From Felis catus (Eukaryota), in NCBI RefSeq assembly GCF_018350175.1, contig NC_058382.1, forward strand, positions 23,002,001-23,066,000: a stretch of 64,000 nucleotides of DNA, read 5' to 3'. Made by a program: the position numbers and the translations under genes. Below the pieces are notes generated by a model that had not been told where the DNA came from, searched no databases, and saw only the letters and a program-made list of their open reading frames with translations. This document shows positions 36,101-47,287 of this stretch, in pieces (within the stretch, counting starts at the first letter, position 1; each line of letters opens with the position of its first letter).

Positions 36101-36829
36101 AACAGAACAGAACAGTAATTGCAGATGCATTTTCAATTAGATTGACTAACTAGATGTCAATACCTCTGCCTGTGGGGACAGGAGTTGTGTGTCCAAGCGT
36201 CTTCCAGCAAGAGCTCTTCCATGGAGCTCACGGCCTGGCCTCAGCCCCTTGGGACCAGCTTGGGAAACAGCCATAAGCCCAGAAGAATGGAGGGGAGGGA
36301 AAATCCCATAGTTTCCTATATACCGAGGAAATCAGTGTCGTCCTCAAAGAAGGGCAGACCGATGTATGTACCCCGACAGTGGCTCTCTCCATCTCTTGCC
36401 TCACTCTTCTTTCATTCTCTATTCCATACCTTCCTCTTTCCTACCCACTTTCCTTTCTTCCTTTCTCCTAAAGAACAAGGGAAAAAGGACCACAGCAACA
36501 TGTCTTGAGAGGGTCCGAATTCTGGTGTCGCACAATGGGATTCTGTCTGGGCAGGGGGGTTGCAGTCCTGTGGGCTTGTCAGTGCCGTACCTCACCAACA
36601 GCTTGCCTGCTTGTGCACAGATCCACACACTGTGGTGGTCCTGACGTCTAGGGAGATTATACATCTAGAAGTTCCTGGATGCAAACCTCAAGAAACCATC
36701 TTGGAGAAGGAGTTCAGTGTCTGCTGTCCAGTGCCCAGAAGCTGGAACCAGCAGCACTGGAGTGTGAGTGTGGGTAGACAGTGCCCAGGGCTTGGGTGCA
36801 TGGGCCTCTGGAGCCTGCCCATTCATTCT

Positions 36830-36990
36830 CCACTCCCTTCCCCCATGTCTATGTTCCCTGCACTTGGACAATGCCAGCAACCTCATGGCCAGAAGTTTTA
36901 GAATATATCTGTCTTGTTCATGGTTTTATTCCCAGAGCCTCACACAGTGTTGAGCCTGTAGTAGGTGCTCAGCAAATACTGTTAATTAAG
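36830..36990 (+). mobile_element. L2 3' terminus
   Basis: TCTGTCTTGTTCATGG...CCCAGAGCCTCACACAGTG...GTAGGTGCTCAGCAAATACTGTT. Confidence 0.65.
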
Positions 36991-39282
36991 AGACCAGGCC
37001 GCTGGACACTTCCCAGGTTCCAGTAGGGCCTCCATCTCCTTTTCTAGAAGAGTCATTTTTCCCTGGGAAGAAGTACAATCTCCAATGAACAGCCCTAGGG
37101 TCTGTCTGGAACATATACATGGCTGCAGTCTGTCAGGGGTCAGCAGCCAGGTGTAGATCTTCCTACGCCTGTCAGAGAAAGAGGTGCATAATTAAATATC
37201 ATTAAATGGACTCATACTTGTCCAACTTCATCAGCACAGGTGTCTGTTGAACTTGAGTAATTGCCGGGGCTTGGCAAGAAGCAGCAGTCCCAGGCAAGAG
37301 GATCCTGTCTGAAGGGAGCTACAGACCTGGCCTGGCCTTCTCTAGTGTTCCCTGCTTGGCCACCTTGGGCAGCATGCCTTTCCCTGGATACTCTCCAAAT
37401 GGGAGGAGGCATTAGACAGGTGCTGAGGAAGCTGGTGCCTACACACGTTCTGTATACCCGCTTCCCAACGCCCACCTCCCAGGGCCCTGCAGGGCTGGGT
37501 ATTCTTTACTCCTTCACTGCAGGTAAGGATTCCTGCTTACAGGGCAATGTGGCTGAGGCAGATTTTGAACCAGACCTAGCTGGGTCCCAAGCTCACAGCC
37601 TTTCAGGGCTGCCCATGGCCTCCAGATGGGGTGGGGGGTGCGGGATGGGGAGAATGGCGGAGGCCACTGCAGATGTGCTGGGCCTAGAGTCCATTAGTCC
37701 CTAGCTTTGCAGGAAGCATGAGGCTGACCAGACTACTCTGGACCATGCCCCTGGGAAAGTAGGGGCCCCTGCTATCCTGAGGTGGGGGGCGGGGTTCTTC
37801 CCCCAGGGCCAGAGGTAGACAGCTGGGGGCTGGAGTATAGCAGGACCTCCCTTCTCCTCCTGGTTAAAGGAGCAAGTAGCACTATGGGTGGCACATGGGT
37901 GGAGAGATGTGTTTAAATTAATGTTTAGACTCAGGAATATCTTCCTCATGATGCTTCCTGTTCTACCATTTGAGATTCAGTCCCTGCAGTTAATTATACT
38001 CTTGCTCAAGTTTCTCTTAGAGTACGTGTCTCTCAGTGTGTATGTGGAGTGGGGTGGTGACTTATCTCTCCCTCTGGAGAGTGCACCTCCCTGGCCAAAT
38101 ACTGGCTTCTCATTTTGGCACCAGGTTGCCTAGGGCCTGGCTGCTCTAGGAGACTTGCTGAATGCATGCATGATTGGTACATTCAGGATAAGTGGGGCTC
38201 TGGGTTCCTGGGCTTGAGGAAGGAGGAGCTTGCTGACAGCCGACTCCCTGCCTTCACAAAGCCTTGGCCCCTCTGGAGGGGAGAAAAGACAAATGCCTCT
38301 GCATGCAGTGTATTCTGCAACTTTCCCATGGTTTGATATCATTTCCATCCCTTCCTCAGCTGGTCCAAAGGAATACTGGGTCTCCCCAAGGCAGGGCCCA
38401 CACTGGTGTGGGCAGGTGGGTGGGCAGGCAGACACAGCCAGGGTAGGAGATTTTCAGGAGCCTTAGGGTGATATGCTGATATGCCCATAGTTAAGAGTGA
38501 GAGCCCAGCTCTCATGAAATTTGTGATTGCTATTTCAGTGGTCAGAACTTGGTGTACAGGAAGACAGAAGTCAAAAGGTCAAAGGGGTACATTTTATGCC
38601 CTTGCTTCCCCATCTGCTCATCAATGGGCCACTGTAGGCCTGCTCTCCACTCCCTGTGGAGGAGAGAGGAGGAAGGCCCAGGTTTAGGGACCCTGAGCCT
38701 TTCTGGTCCACCCCAACCCTACCGAGGCTCCCTGGGCCTCTCAGCCAGAGGAGACCTCCTCCCTGTCTCTGGCTGCAGAAAGGGCATTTCCTTCTCTACC
38801 TCACCTTCTTTAAGTGCAGGTAGCACATCCCTAGCTTGGTGCCTTCCATGTGCAACACTCTGAAGTACAGCTCCTGTTGGCACTCACCTATTTCCTGAAT
38901 CTAAGTGGCTGGAGGTCAGTGAGTTTGTCTGTGAAATTCTGCAGAAATTCCAAGACAGGCAGGGACAGAAGCCAAGGAGACAGGGTCCTGTAGATCAAAG
39001 GGAACACCCATTCACAGAATGCTCCTGAAGTCCCTGAGGCCTGGTCCAGGAGCTGTACTAGCTGAGCACCTGAGGTAGATTCGCAAGAACACCCAAGGCT
39101 GCAGTTGCTGGAACCAAGGAGGCTCAGAGGCATGCAGGGAGCACCCCGTCCAAGTCCGGGTTCTAGGGAGGGAGGCAAGAGATATGCCAGTTCTCTCTGG
39201 GTAAGCTCCACAGCTGCTCCTCCAGGGAGGACATCTGCAGGGTCCCAAAGTTTTTATCCTGGGGTTCAGGATTACTTGTGCA

Positions 39283-39590
39283 CGGGTGTGTGTGTACATG
39301 AGCACGTGTGTGTATGTCTGTTTTTGTGTGTCATACATGCTTACACGTGTGTGACATTGTGTGTATCCCTGTATGTGCCAATGTCTCTGTATGTCTTGTT
39401 TGCTCCTACTGGACTGTTCATGCATCTGTGCTCACGCATCTGTGTGTCCTTGTGTGTACCTATGTCTGTGTGTGTACACATGTACACTCACACCTGAGTG
39501 CACCCACAGCTGTGTCTGTGTGTGCACATGCTTGTGTGCCCGTGTCCATGCTCCTGCCTGTGTGTGTTTCCGAGGGAGTCCATGTGTGCA
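39283..39590 (+). repeat. Degenerate (TG)-rich alternating tract
   Basis: About 300 bp of GTGTGTACATG / TGTGTCT words. Confidence 0.85.
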
Positions 39591-39829
39591 TGCTCCCAAG
39601 AAGCTGAGTACAGCTGCCCTCAGCTCCCCATGGCTGGTCACCTTTCTCCTGTCACCCTCACTAATTTACCTTTTGCCCCCATCCAACTCTGTCCCTAACT
39701 TGTGCAGGAATGCATGCCCTGTGGGGGGTTTTCTTTCCCCAACAAGGGAGGCCTGACACTGCAGAAACAAGGCTTATTAGCTGTGGAAACTAATGGTCTG
39801 AATGGCCAGATGTGGGAGTGGAGGTGAGC

Positions 39830-40000
39830 TCCTGGTCCTGGGTTTCCAGACCCAGGTCAGCCTCCAGCTCCTCCCCCTGCATACCCTTCTGAACCTTTGT
39901 GTTCTCCTCTGTACAATGGGGACTCTGATGACCCTGCAATTGGATTTAAGATGATAAACGTTAAGCCCCAGCACCATGTCAGGCACAGAGCAACGCCTCT
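39830..40000 (+). mobile_element. MIR
   Basis: TTCTCCTCTGTACAATGGGG...CCCAGCACCATGTCAGGCACAGAG. Confidence 0.55.
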
Positions 40001-40239
40001 GGAAATGTTTGTTTTGGTCCCTTCAGTGGCTGCATGCTGAATGTCTCAAATTTGTTCCAGTGGAGATACCAGGGAGGAAAAATCAAGAGTGCGTTTTCTA
40101 GTTGCATGTGGGGTCAGACACAAAGGTGGGAGCAGACCTGGGTTCTGGGGAATTCAGTCTGCATGGAAGAGCATGTCACACAACTCCATTTTATTATGAT
40201 TGTTATTAATAGTACAGAATCATAGCAATTATTAATTAT

Positions 40240-40400
40240 AACAGCTACAACAACAGCAAACATTCGCTGAGTGCAGGCGACGTGTCAGTCATTGAGCACC
40301 GTGTGTCACAGTAATCCATTATTTCCTATTGTCCGTGTAACGCCCTCATCTTATAAATGAGAAAACAGAGCTTTCTGTCCGTATGCGCACTTGATTACAT
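40240..40400 (-). mobile_element. MIR with unusually retained CpGs
   Basis: AACATTCGCTGAGTGC...CAGTCATTGAGCACCGTG...CTCATCTTATAAATGAGAAAACAGAG. Confidence 0.6.
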
Positions 40401-41559
40401 CATTTGTGAGATAAAATCGAGAGTGAGTGTGTGATGTGCTTGGCAGTCTGAAGTTTTGGGGTTTAGTCTCAGCCGCGTGGCATTCACATCCCACGAATGC
40501 AAGCAAGTCACTGTCTTGATTCCTCACTGAGCTCTGCTGTATTTCTGAGCTGAGGCGTTCTCCACGTCGCCACCAGGCCTCTGCGCGCTCCTCCACCCAG
40601 GTCCAGTGCTTGTGCGCGCCCGCCAGGCAGACCCCGACCCCAGGGAGGAGGCCTGGAGGTCCACTCAGCCAACGGCTCCTGGGCCGGGGAAGGCAGTTAG
40701 GGAGGGAGATAACATTCATTCATCACTGCCGCTTCCCTCGTAGACACGGATTAGTGATATTACCCCTGACAGCTCAAAACACGCTAATGCTGTTGCTGCT
40801 GAGCCCAGGAGTGCCCCTAGGGTTAAGGAGCTGCTGGCGCCTTGATTATAAACTGTTTTTGGAGCGCGTGTGACATTGCCATTTGAAATCACATCAGGCT
40901 GGAACTTGAGAGAGAGAGGTTGTCAGCTTGGCTGCATTTGGAAATCGAGATTTGACTAAAATTTCTGGTTTGTCCCAAAACTTTCCTGGGCTTTTTGAGG
41001 GGATCAGGGGTTGGGCCTTGGGTGGAGCCAGGCTGCCCTGTGGGTGTAGGAGAAGCCGTTGGGACCTGCTCATTTTTCTGTGCACACAGGCCGCACAGGC
41101 TGCCCTCGGCATCTGGGGCTTCACAGCGGCTCTGCTCAGGGGCATGGCAAGTGGCAGGCCCTCCCAGCAGGACACCTAACTGTAACCCAAAAAGCCACTT
41201 AGAGAATGGGCATTTTGTAATTAGATTGGGAACACTGTCTGTGTTCCATTCTCCAGGGGTTTTTGTGGGTTTGGTCTCCTGCTCTCTCACTGGGACTCTT
41301 CCTCCAGGTTTGCAGACACCTGCTCCTCTCTTCCTGCTCGTCTGTTCCTGTCCATGTGCCCATCTGTCCTCTGGATGACCTGCCTGTCTGCATCCATCTC
41401 GCTCTTTCTCTGTTTGAATCCCCCCACTTCTCTCCCATTTCCAGTCTTCTCCCCCACCTCACTCTCTTCTATTTGTGCCATCCAGTCAGCAGCCCCACAC
41501 CGCCCTTTCTGGGTCCAGGGAATCTGTGCACTTGCAAGTATCAGCTCATGTCACACAAG

Positions 41560-41690
41560 GCCCAGTGAGGAGAGTACTACCACTGTCTGTTTTATGGTTG
41601 AGGAAACTGAGGCACAGAAAGTTAAGTGACTCACTGAACATTATATAGCAAGGAAGTAGCAGAGCTAGGGTTTGAGAATCTCCAATGGTT
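41560..41690 (-). mobile_element. MIR
   Basis: TTTTATGGTTGAGGAAACTGAGGCACAGAAAGTTAAGTGACTCAC...GCAGAGCTAGGGTTTGA. Confidence 0.8.
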
Positions 41691-42279
41691 GTGCTCTTTC
41701 TCTGTATCTTTCAGAAAAAAAAAACATAAATAATAAAATCACAATAATGCCTGGCCATCCAGACTCAAGGCTGCTGGCCCTTCTTTGCACTGGTGTTTGT
41801 CTCTGGGTACTTCTGGGCCCCCCAGCCGCCTCTATGTGTCTCGCTCTGGGAATCTCTGTCCACCACGCTGGCCTTAAGCCTTAGCATCTAGGGTTCAAAG
41901 TGGTCTTTGCAGGTTTGGGGGCACAGGGCAGTCAAGGACAGGCAGTGGGCTGAGAGAACAGAATCACCACCCCTATTCCCACAGCTCTGTGGTAACTGTG
42001 TAAGGGGGAACCTTTAGCAAAGCAGAAGATTCTACCTTCCCTCCAGTGTGGATCTTCCCAGGCCCCAGCCCCAAAGAGCACATCTGCCCCTGTAGACCTG
42101 TCCCCAGTGAAGACGGCCCCCAGTAAGCGTTAACCTTCAACATGTCATGGAGTTGACTTATAACTTCCTAAAAGCCCCTTGTAAATTTCTGGGCTGACGG
42201 GGCAATCCTGCTGAGATCAGTAAGACACCCCACCTGGTTCAGTAACAGTTTGTCACTGGTATATCTTTTGTGGTGGGAA

Positions 42280-42420
42280 CTATGAATCCCCAGTTAAAGA
42301 TGAGAAATTAAGGCCTAGAGAGGTAAAGCAATTTGCTCAAGGTCATCCCACTATAATGTGCTGGCACCGGTATTTCAATCCAGGCCTCTCTGACTCCAGT
42401 TCTAAGTGTGTTCCACTTAG
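42280..42420 (-). mobile_element. MIR
   Basis: AAAGATGAGAAATTAAGGCCTAGAGAGGTAAAGCAATTTGCTCAAGGTCA...ATTTCAATCCAGGCCTCTCTGACTCCA. Confidence 0.75.
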
Positions 42421-42444
42421 TCATACAGGAAAGACCTCTGTGAT

Positions 42445-42865
42445 AGGGGATAATAGTAGATTAATTGCTGTAACAAATTTCCGTGACTTAACATTATAAC
42501 AGTTTACTCAGAACTATTGAAACGAACTAACATGGGAGTTCCTCATCAGGTGGCTCCTGGGTACCGTCCTCTAAGTGGTGCCTCAGGGACCCAGGCTCCT
42601 TCCACATTGTGGTTTTGCCATCACCTCGGGCCTCCTGTTCTTTGGCTGGGATCTGTGTACCTACCTAGTAGACAAGGAAAGAGTAGAGGGTTATGGTGGA
42701 GACTTGAGCCAGCTGGACCTAGAAGCAGAGCCCATCACTTCTACCATGCTCCACTGGCAAGCATCCAGATGCTAGCTACAAAGGAGCCTGGGAAGTGTAG
42801 TCTACTTTTGTGCCCAGGAAGGAAAGAGAAATGGTTTGGTGAACAACCAGCTAGTCTATCCCATA
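42445..42865 (-). mobile_element. MLT1 (J/K/L-like) LTR
   Basis: TGCTGTAACAAAT start; CTACAAAGGAGCCTGGGAAGTGTAGTCT...TGTGCCCAGGAAGGAAAGAGAAATGGTTTGGTGAACA. Confidence 0.7.
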
Positions 42866-42914
42866 GGAAGCTTTAGTCTGTTTCCAGTCTTACCTCCTAT
42901 GACTTCTTGGCCAC

Positions 42915-43345
42915 CACCTGTTAACAAGATTGCATTATTTGTTCACAAGTTTTCCTTCCTGCCCCATCCTCACTGTGGCTCATCCAGGGCAGAATCCACT
43001 GGCTTTGGTCTCAGTCATGTGACTTGCTGTAACCAGTGGAATATGAGTCAACATAAGAATGTGTCACATCTCACCAGAGGCATTAAAATGCGCTTGTGTA
43101 GGTTGGCTTCGTCTTTTGTACTCCTGCTTTGCACCTTGAGAAGAGTGTGCCCCAAGTAGTTTTTCCTTCCTTAGCCTGTGTCCTGGAGTGAAAGACATGA
43201 GCAGAACTTTGCCCACAGGCTACAGCGGAGATGCCTCAGTCAACGTGCAAACCTGTGAGCAGTAAACAAATGCTTGTTGTTGGCTGCTGCTCTTTTGTCG
43301 TTCTTTGTTATACAGCATTGTTGGGTCACGACCTGATCCATAAGC
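42915..43345 (+). mobile_element. MLT1 (H/I-like) LTR
   Basis: GGTCTCAGTCATGTGACTTGCTGTAACCAGTGGAATATGAG...AAACAAATGCTTGTTGTT...TTGTTATACAGCATT. Confidence 0.7.
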
Positions 43346-44459
43346 TTACTGCCATGATAGACTGATGTCCACACACCCTGGGCACACCTTGCTGTCCCAT
43401 TCTCCATGGCAAAATCTGCCATTGGCCCTCATTTAAAGCCTTTCTTCATGATCCTTTCAGAGACCAGGCCCAGGCTAGATCCTTTCAGGGAAATTCTTCT
43501 AATATTCCTAGTTGTTGGGTGCTCTGAAGAGGCAGAGGCTGTTGACCCCTGGGTTCAATTCCTATCTCTATTTTCCCTGGTTATCCTGTGTTTCTCCGCT
43601 CACTGGATAGTGGAGCTTTGGAAGGCAGGTGTCACATTAGCTTCTCTTTCCTCTAGCCACTTCTGTGCTCCACACGCATTAGATGGTCAGACAATGTTTG
43701 CTAAACTGGATTGACCTGAATGTCTGTTCCTTGTAATGGGAGGCCCATAAGGGCGCATCGAGTGCTGGCAGGCATTCCTGGCAGTGCTGGGCCCCATGAT
43801 GAGTGCTTAGATGATGGATCTGTCATTGTCTATAGGGATGAAAGGCTGGGCTGCCTCCAGCACTCTTGGCTAGAGGCCTAAGTTCAGCACAAATGTGATC
43901 CCTCTCACTCTCACTGATATCTTGGCATCCAGAGCCCGTGTCAGGAGGGAATGGTGCAGCCTCACACACCTTGGCCCAGATATGCCTTGGGGAAGCCAGC
44001 AGGCAGCATTAGCAATAGCTCCCAGCTGCCAGCGTAATCCTGCTGTGGTTCTCAGAGCACAGGCTGCAGTTTGGGCCCTGGCCCTGCACTGGAGGGAAAT
44101 TCATTTGCATCAAGATGCTTGGGGATGCCTCAGTGTTGGTATTTGTGGGCCTGGTGACAGGACATCCCTGGGCTCAGTTGTGCTCCTCACAATGTGGGTA
44201 GTAACCTTGAGTCTTGAACAGGCCTGCACACCAGGCCCTGCTCAGATAAAACCTATTGATACATGAATGTACCTGGGTCATGTGGACCAAATCTGGGTCA
44301 CTGTGCTGGGAAAACATGATGTTACAGGGCAGCAACACAGTTAAGCTTCATGCTGCTCAGAGTTCTACTAAAGTCAATTCTGCTATAAATAGAAGGGCAC
44401 TCCTGTTTTATCTCTGCAGAGAAAGAGGTGAGTGTTACAAACATAACTGCAGTGGGAAA

Positions 44460-44571
44460 TTCAGGTTGTGCTAGTTATCCATTGCTGTGTAACAAGTTAC
44501 CCCAAAGTTCATGAAGGATTCAGGTTGTGTTAGTTATCTATTGCTGTGTAACAAGTTATCACAAAGTTCAT
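44460..44571 (+). repeat. 59-bp-period tandem duplication covering an MLT1 LTR terminus
   Basis: TTCAGGTTGTG(C/T)TAGTTATC(C/T)ATTGCTGTGTAACAAGTTA(CC/TC)(C/A)CAAAGTTCAT at 44460-44512 and 44519-44571; 4 mismatches in 53 nt. Confidence 0.95.
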
Positions 44572-44847
44572 ACCTATACACAGTAACAAACAAGTAAGGA
44601 AGGAGTAAAACTTCCACTGTTTATAGGTGACATGATGGTCTATATAGAAAACCCTAAAGACTCCACCAGAAAAGTACTAGAACTGATAAATGAATTCAAG
44701 AAAGTCACAGGATACAAAATCAATACACACAAATCTTGTTGATTTCTATATACTAAAAATGAAGTAGCAGAAAGAGAAATTAAGAGAACAATCCCATTTA
44801 CAATTGCACCAAAATAATAAAACATCTAGCAATAAATTTAACCAAGT

Positions 44848-44981
44848 NNNNNNNNNNNNNNNNNNNNNNNNNNNNNNNNNNNNNNNNNNNNNNNNNNNNN
44901 NNNNNNNNNNNNNNNNNNNNNNNNNNNNNNNNNNNNNNNNNNNNNNNNNNNNNNNNNNNNNNNNNNNNNNNNNNNNNNNNN
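44848..44981. other. N-run (134 nt) inside L1 ORF2
   Basis: Directly visible. Confidence 0.99.
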
Positions 44982-45724
44982 AGCAATCCTTGGATGTAAT
45001 GCAATCCCTACAAAATAACAACATTTTTCACAGACGTAGAACAAACAGTCCTAAAATTTACATAAAACCACAAAATATCCCAAATAGCCAAAGCAATCTT
45101 GAAAAAGAGGAACAAAGCTAGAGGTTTCAAGATATACTACAAGATATACTATAGAGTTGTAGTAATAAAAACAATATGGTGCTGGCAGGAAAGTAGACAT
45201 ATAGATCAGTGCTACAGAATAGTGAGCCCAGAAATAAATCCATACTTACATGGTCAATTAACCTACAACAGAGAAGACAAAAATATTCAATGGGGAAAAG
45301 ACAGTCTTCAACAAATGGTGCTGGGAAAACTGGACAACAACATGCAAAAGAATGAAACTGGGCCACTTTCTTACACCATATGCAAAATAAACTCTAAATG
45401 AATTAAAAACCTAAATGTGAGACCCAAATCATGGAACTCCTAGAAGAAAACATAAGCAGTAATTTCTCTGACATAGATTGTAGAAACAGCCAATGGCAAA
45501 TAAATCCTCAGGGAAACAAAAAGCTAAATCAAAATTTGGGAATCACCAAAATGAAGAGCTTTTGCACAGCTAAGAAAACCATCAATAAAACAAAAAGGCA
45601 ACTTATGGAATGGAAGGAGACATTTGCAAATGATGTATCTGATAAGGGGTTAGTATCCAAAATATATAAAGAACTTCTATAAGTCAACACCAAAAGATCC
45701 CATAAATAATCAGATTAAAAATGG

Positions 45725-45871
45725 NNNNNNNNNNNNNNNNNNNNNNNNNNNNNNNNNNNNNNNNNNNNNNNNNNNNNNNNNNNNNNNNNNNNNNNNNNNN
45801 NNNNNNNNNNNNNNNNNNNNNNNNNNNNNNNNNNNNNNNNNNNNNNNNNNNNNNNNNNNNNNNNNNNNNNN
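45725..45871. other. N-run (147 nt) inside L1 ORF2
   Basis: Directly visible; starts at the same homologous ORF2 position (...KKW) as the 4600-4731 run. Confidence 0.99.
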
Positions 45872-46171
45872 AATAAAAAACATAAGAAATAAGTTTTGGT
45901 GAGGGTATGGAGACAAAGGAGCCCTCGTGCACTGTTGGTGGGAATGTGAACTGGTGCAGCCACTGTGGAGGTTCCTCAAAAAGTTAAAAGTAGAATTACT
46001 ATATGATCCAATAATTATACTGCTGGATATTTACCCAAAGAAAACAAAAAATACTGATTTGAAAAGATACATGCATCCCTATGTTTATTGCAGCATTATT
46101 TACAATAGCCAACATATGGAAGCAACCCAAGTGTCCATCCACAAATAAATGGATAAAGAAGATGTAGTGTT

Positions 46172-46374
46172 GGGGCACCTGGGTGGCTCAGTCAGTTGAG
46201 CGTTCGGCTTCGGCTCAGGTCATGATCTCATGGTTCATGAGTTTGAGCACTGCGTGGGGCTCTGTGCTGATACCTCAGAGTCTGGAGCCTGCTTTGGATT
46301 CTGTGCTTCCCTCTCTCTCTGCCCCTCCCCCACTCATGCTCTGTCTCTGTCTCTCTCTCAAAAATAAACATTGA
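46172..46374 (+). mobile_element. Can-SINE (SINEC_Fc) nested in the L1
   Basis: GGGGCACCTGGGTGGCTCAG head, CT tract, AAAAATAAACATTG tail; TSD AAAGAAGATGT at 46155-46165 and 46375-46385. Confidence 0.95.
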
Positions 46375-46814
46375 AAAGAAGATGTGTCATATACATACAA
46401 TGGAATATTACTCAGCCATAAAAAGAATGAAATCTTGCCATTTGCAACAACGTGGATGCATCTAGAGGGTAGAATGTTAACTGCCATAAGTCAGTTAGAG
46501 AAAGCCAAATACCATATGATTTCATTCATGTGTGAAGTTTAAGAAACAAATGAACAAAGAAAAAAAGAAACAAACAAAAACAAGACACTTTTTATTTAAT
46601 TTACTTATTAAAAAAACCAGACGCTTAAATACAGAGAGCTGATGGTTACCAGAAGGCAGGTGGGCAGGGGGTGTGGGGGAAATAGGTGAAGGGGAATAAG
46701 AGTGCCCTTATGATGAGCACTGAGAAATGTAAGGAAGTGTTGAATCACTATATTGTACACGTGAAACTAATATAACACTGTATGTTAATTATACTTCAAT
46801 AAAAAATAAAAATA

Positions 46815-47287
46815 CAGAAACAACACCAAACATTTATCATCCTCAGAGTTTCTATGTGTCAAGAGTTCAGTGTGGCTTGGCCAGGTGGCTCTGGCTCAGG
46901 GTCTTTCATGAGGTTGCCATCATTGGAAGGCTTCCAAGGTGGCTCACTCACAGGAATCGTTGGTGTTAGGGGTTGGTAGAAGGCCTCAGTTCCTCCCACA
47001 TAGTTCCAGCCCCACAGTCTTGCTTCACTGTCCTCCTAACCTGATGGCTGACTTCCCTCAGAGCAAGTGATCTGAGAGAAAGAGAAACAGAGAGACAGAA
47101 AGAGAGAAAAAGAGATCAATCTAGGCAGAAGCTATCCTTCTTATGACCAGGCCTTGGAAACTACAGCAATACTTCTACCACATTCTATTCATTAGAAGTG
47201 AGTCACTGAGTATGGATGGGAGGTTACATTTTATTTTTTGAAGGGAGGAGGTCAAAGTTTTGTAGATGGGTTAAAAACCACCATACA
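46815..47287 (-). mobile_element. MLT1 (F/G-like) LTR, remainder after the L1 insertion
   Basis: AAACATTTATCATCCTCAGAGTTTCTATG...GGCTCTGGCTCAGGGTCTTTCATGAGGTTGC...CACATTCTATTCATTAGAAGTGAGTCAC...TTAAAACCACCA continues the LTR begun at about 44466. Confidence 0.75.

Larger units (their letters stand above)
44590..46812 (+). mobile_element. Older carnivore L1 (L1_Carn-like), 5'-truncated, degenerate ORF2 and 3' UTR
   Basis: Translates [33 protein letters not shown] (RT FADD motif decayed), with stops and frameshifts further on; [14 protein letters not shown] near the C-terminus; carnivore-type 3' UTR ending AATAAAAAATAAAAA. Confidence 0.92.

Noticed and set aside
39079-39090. let-7-like TGAGGTAG word
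   Set aside because: Only the seed matches; there is no mature let-7 sequence or hairpin.
39105-39756. Overlapping 99-137 aa ORFs rich in Cys/Val
   Set aside because: Products of the second TG-rich tract; no domain or splice support.
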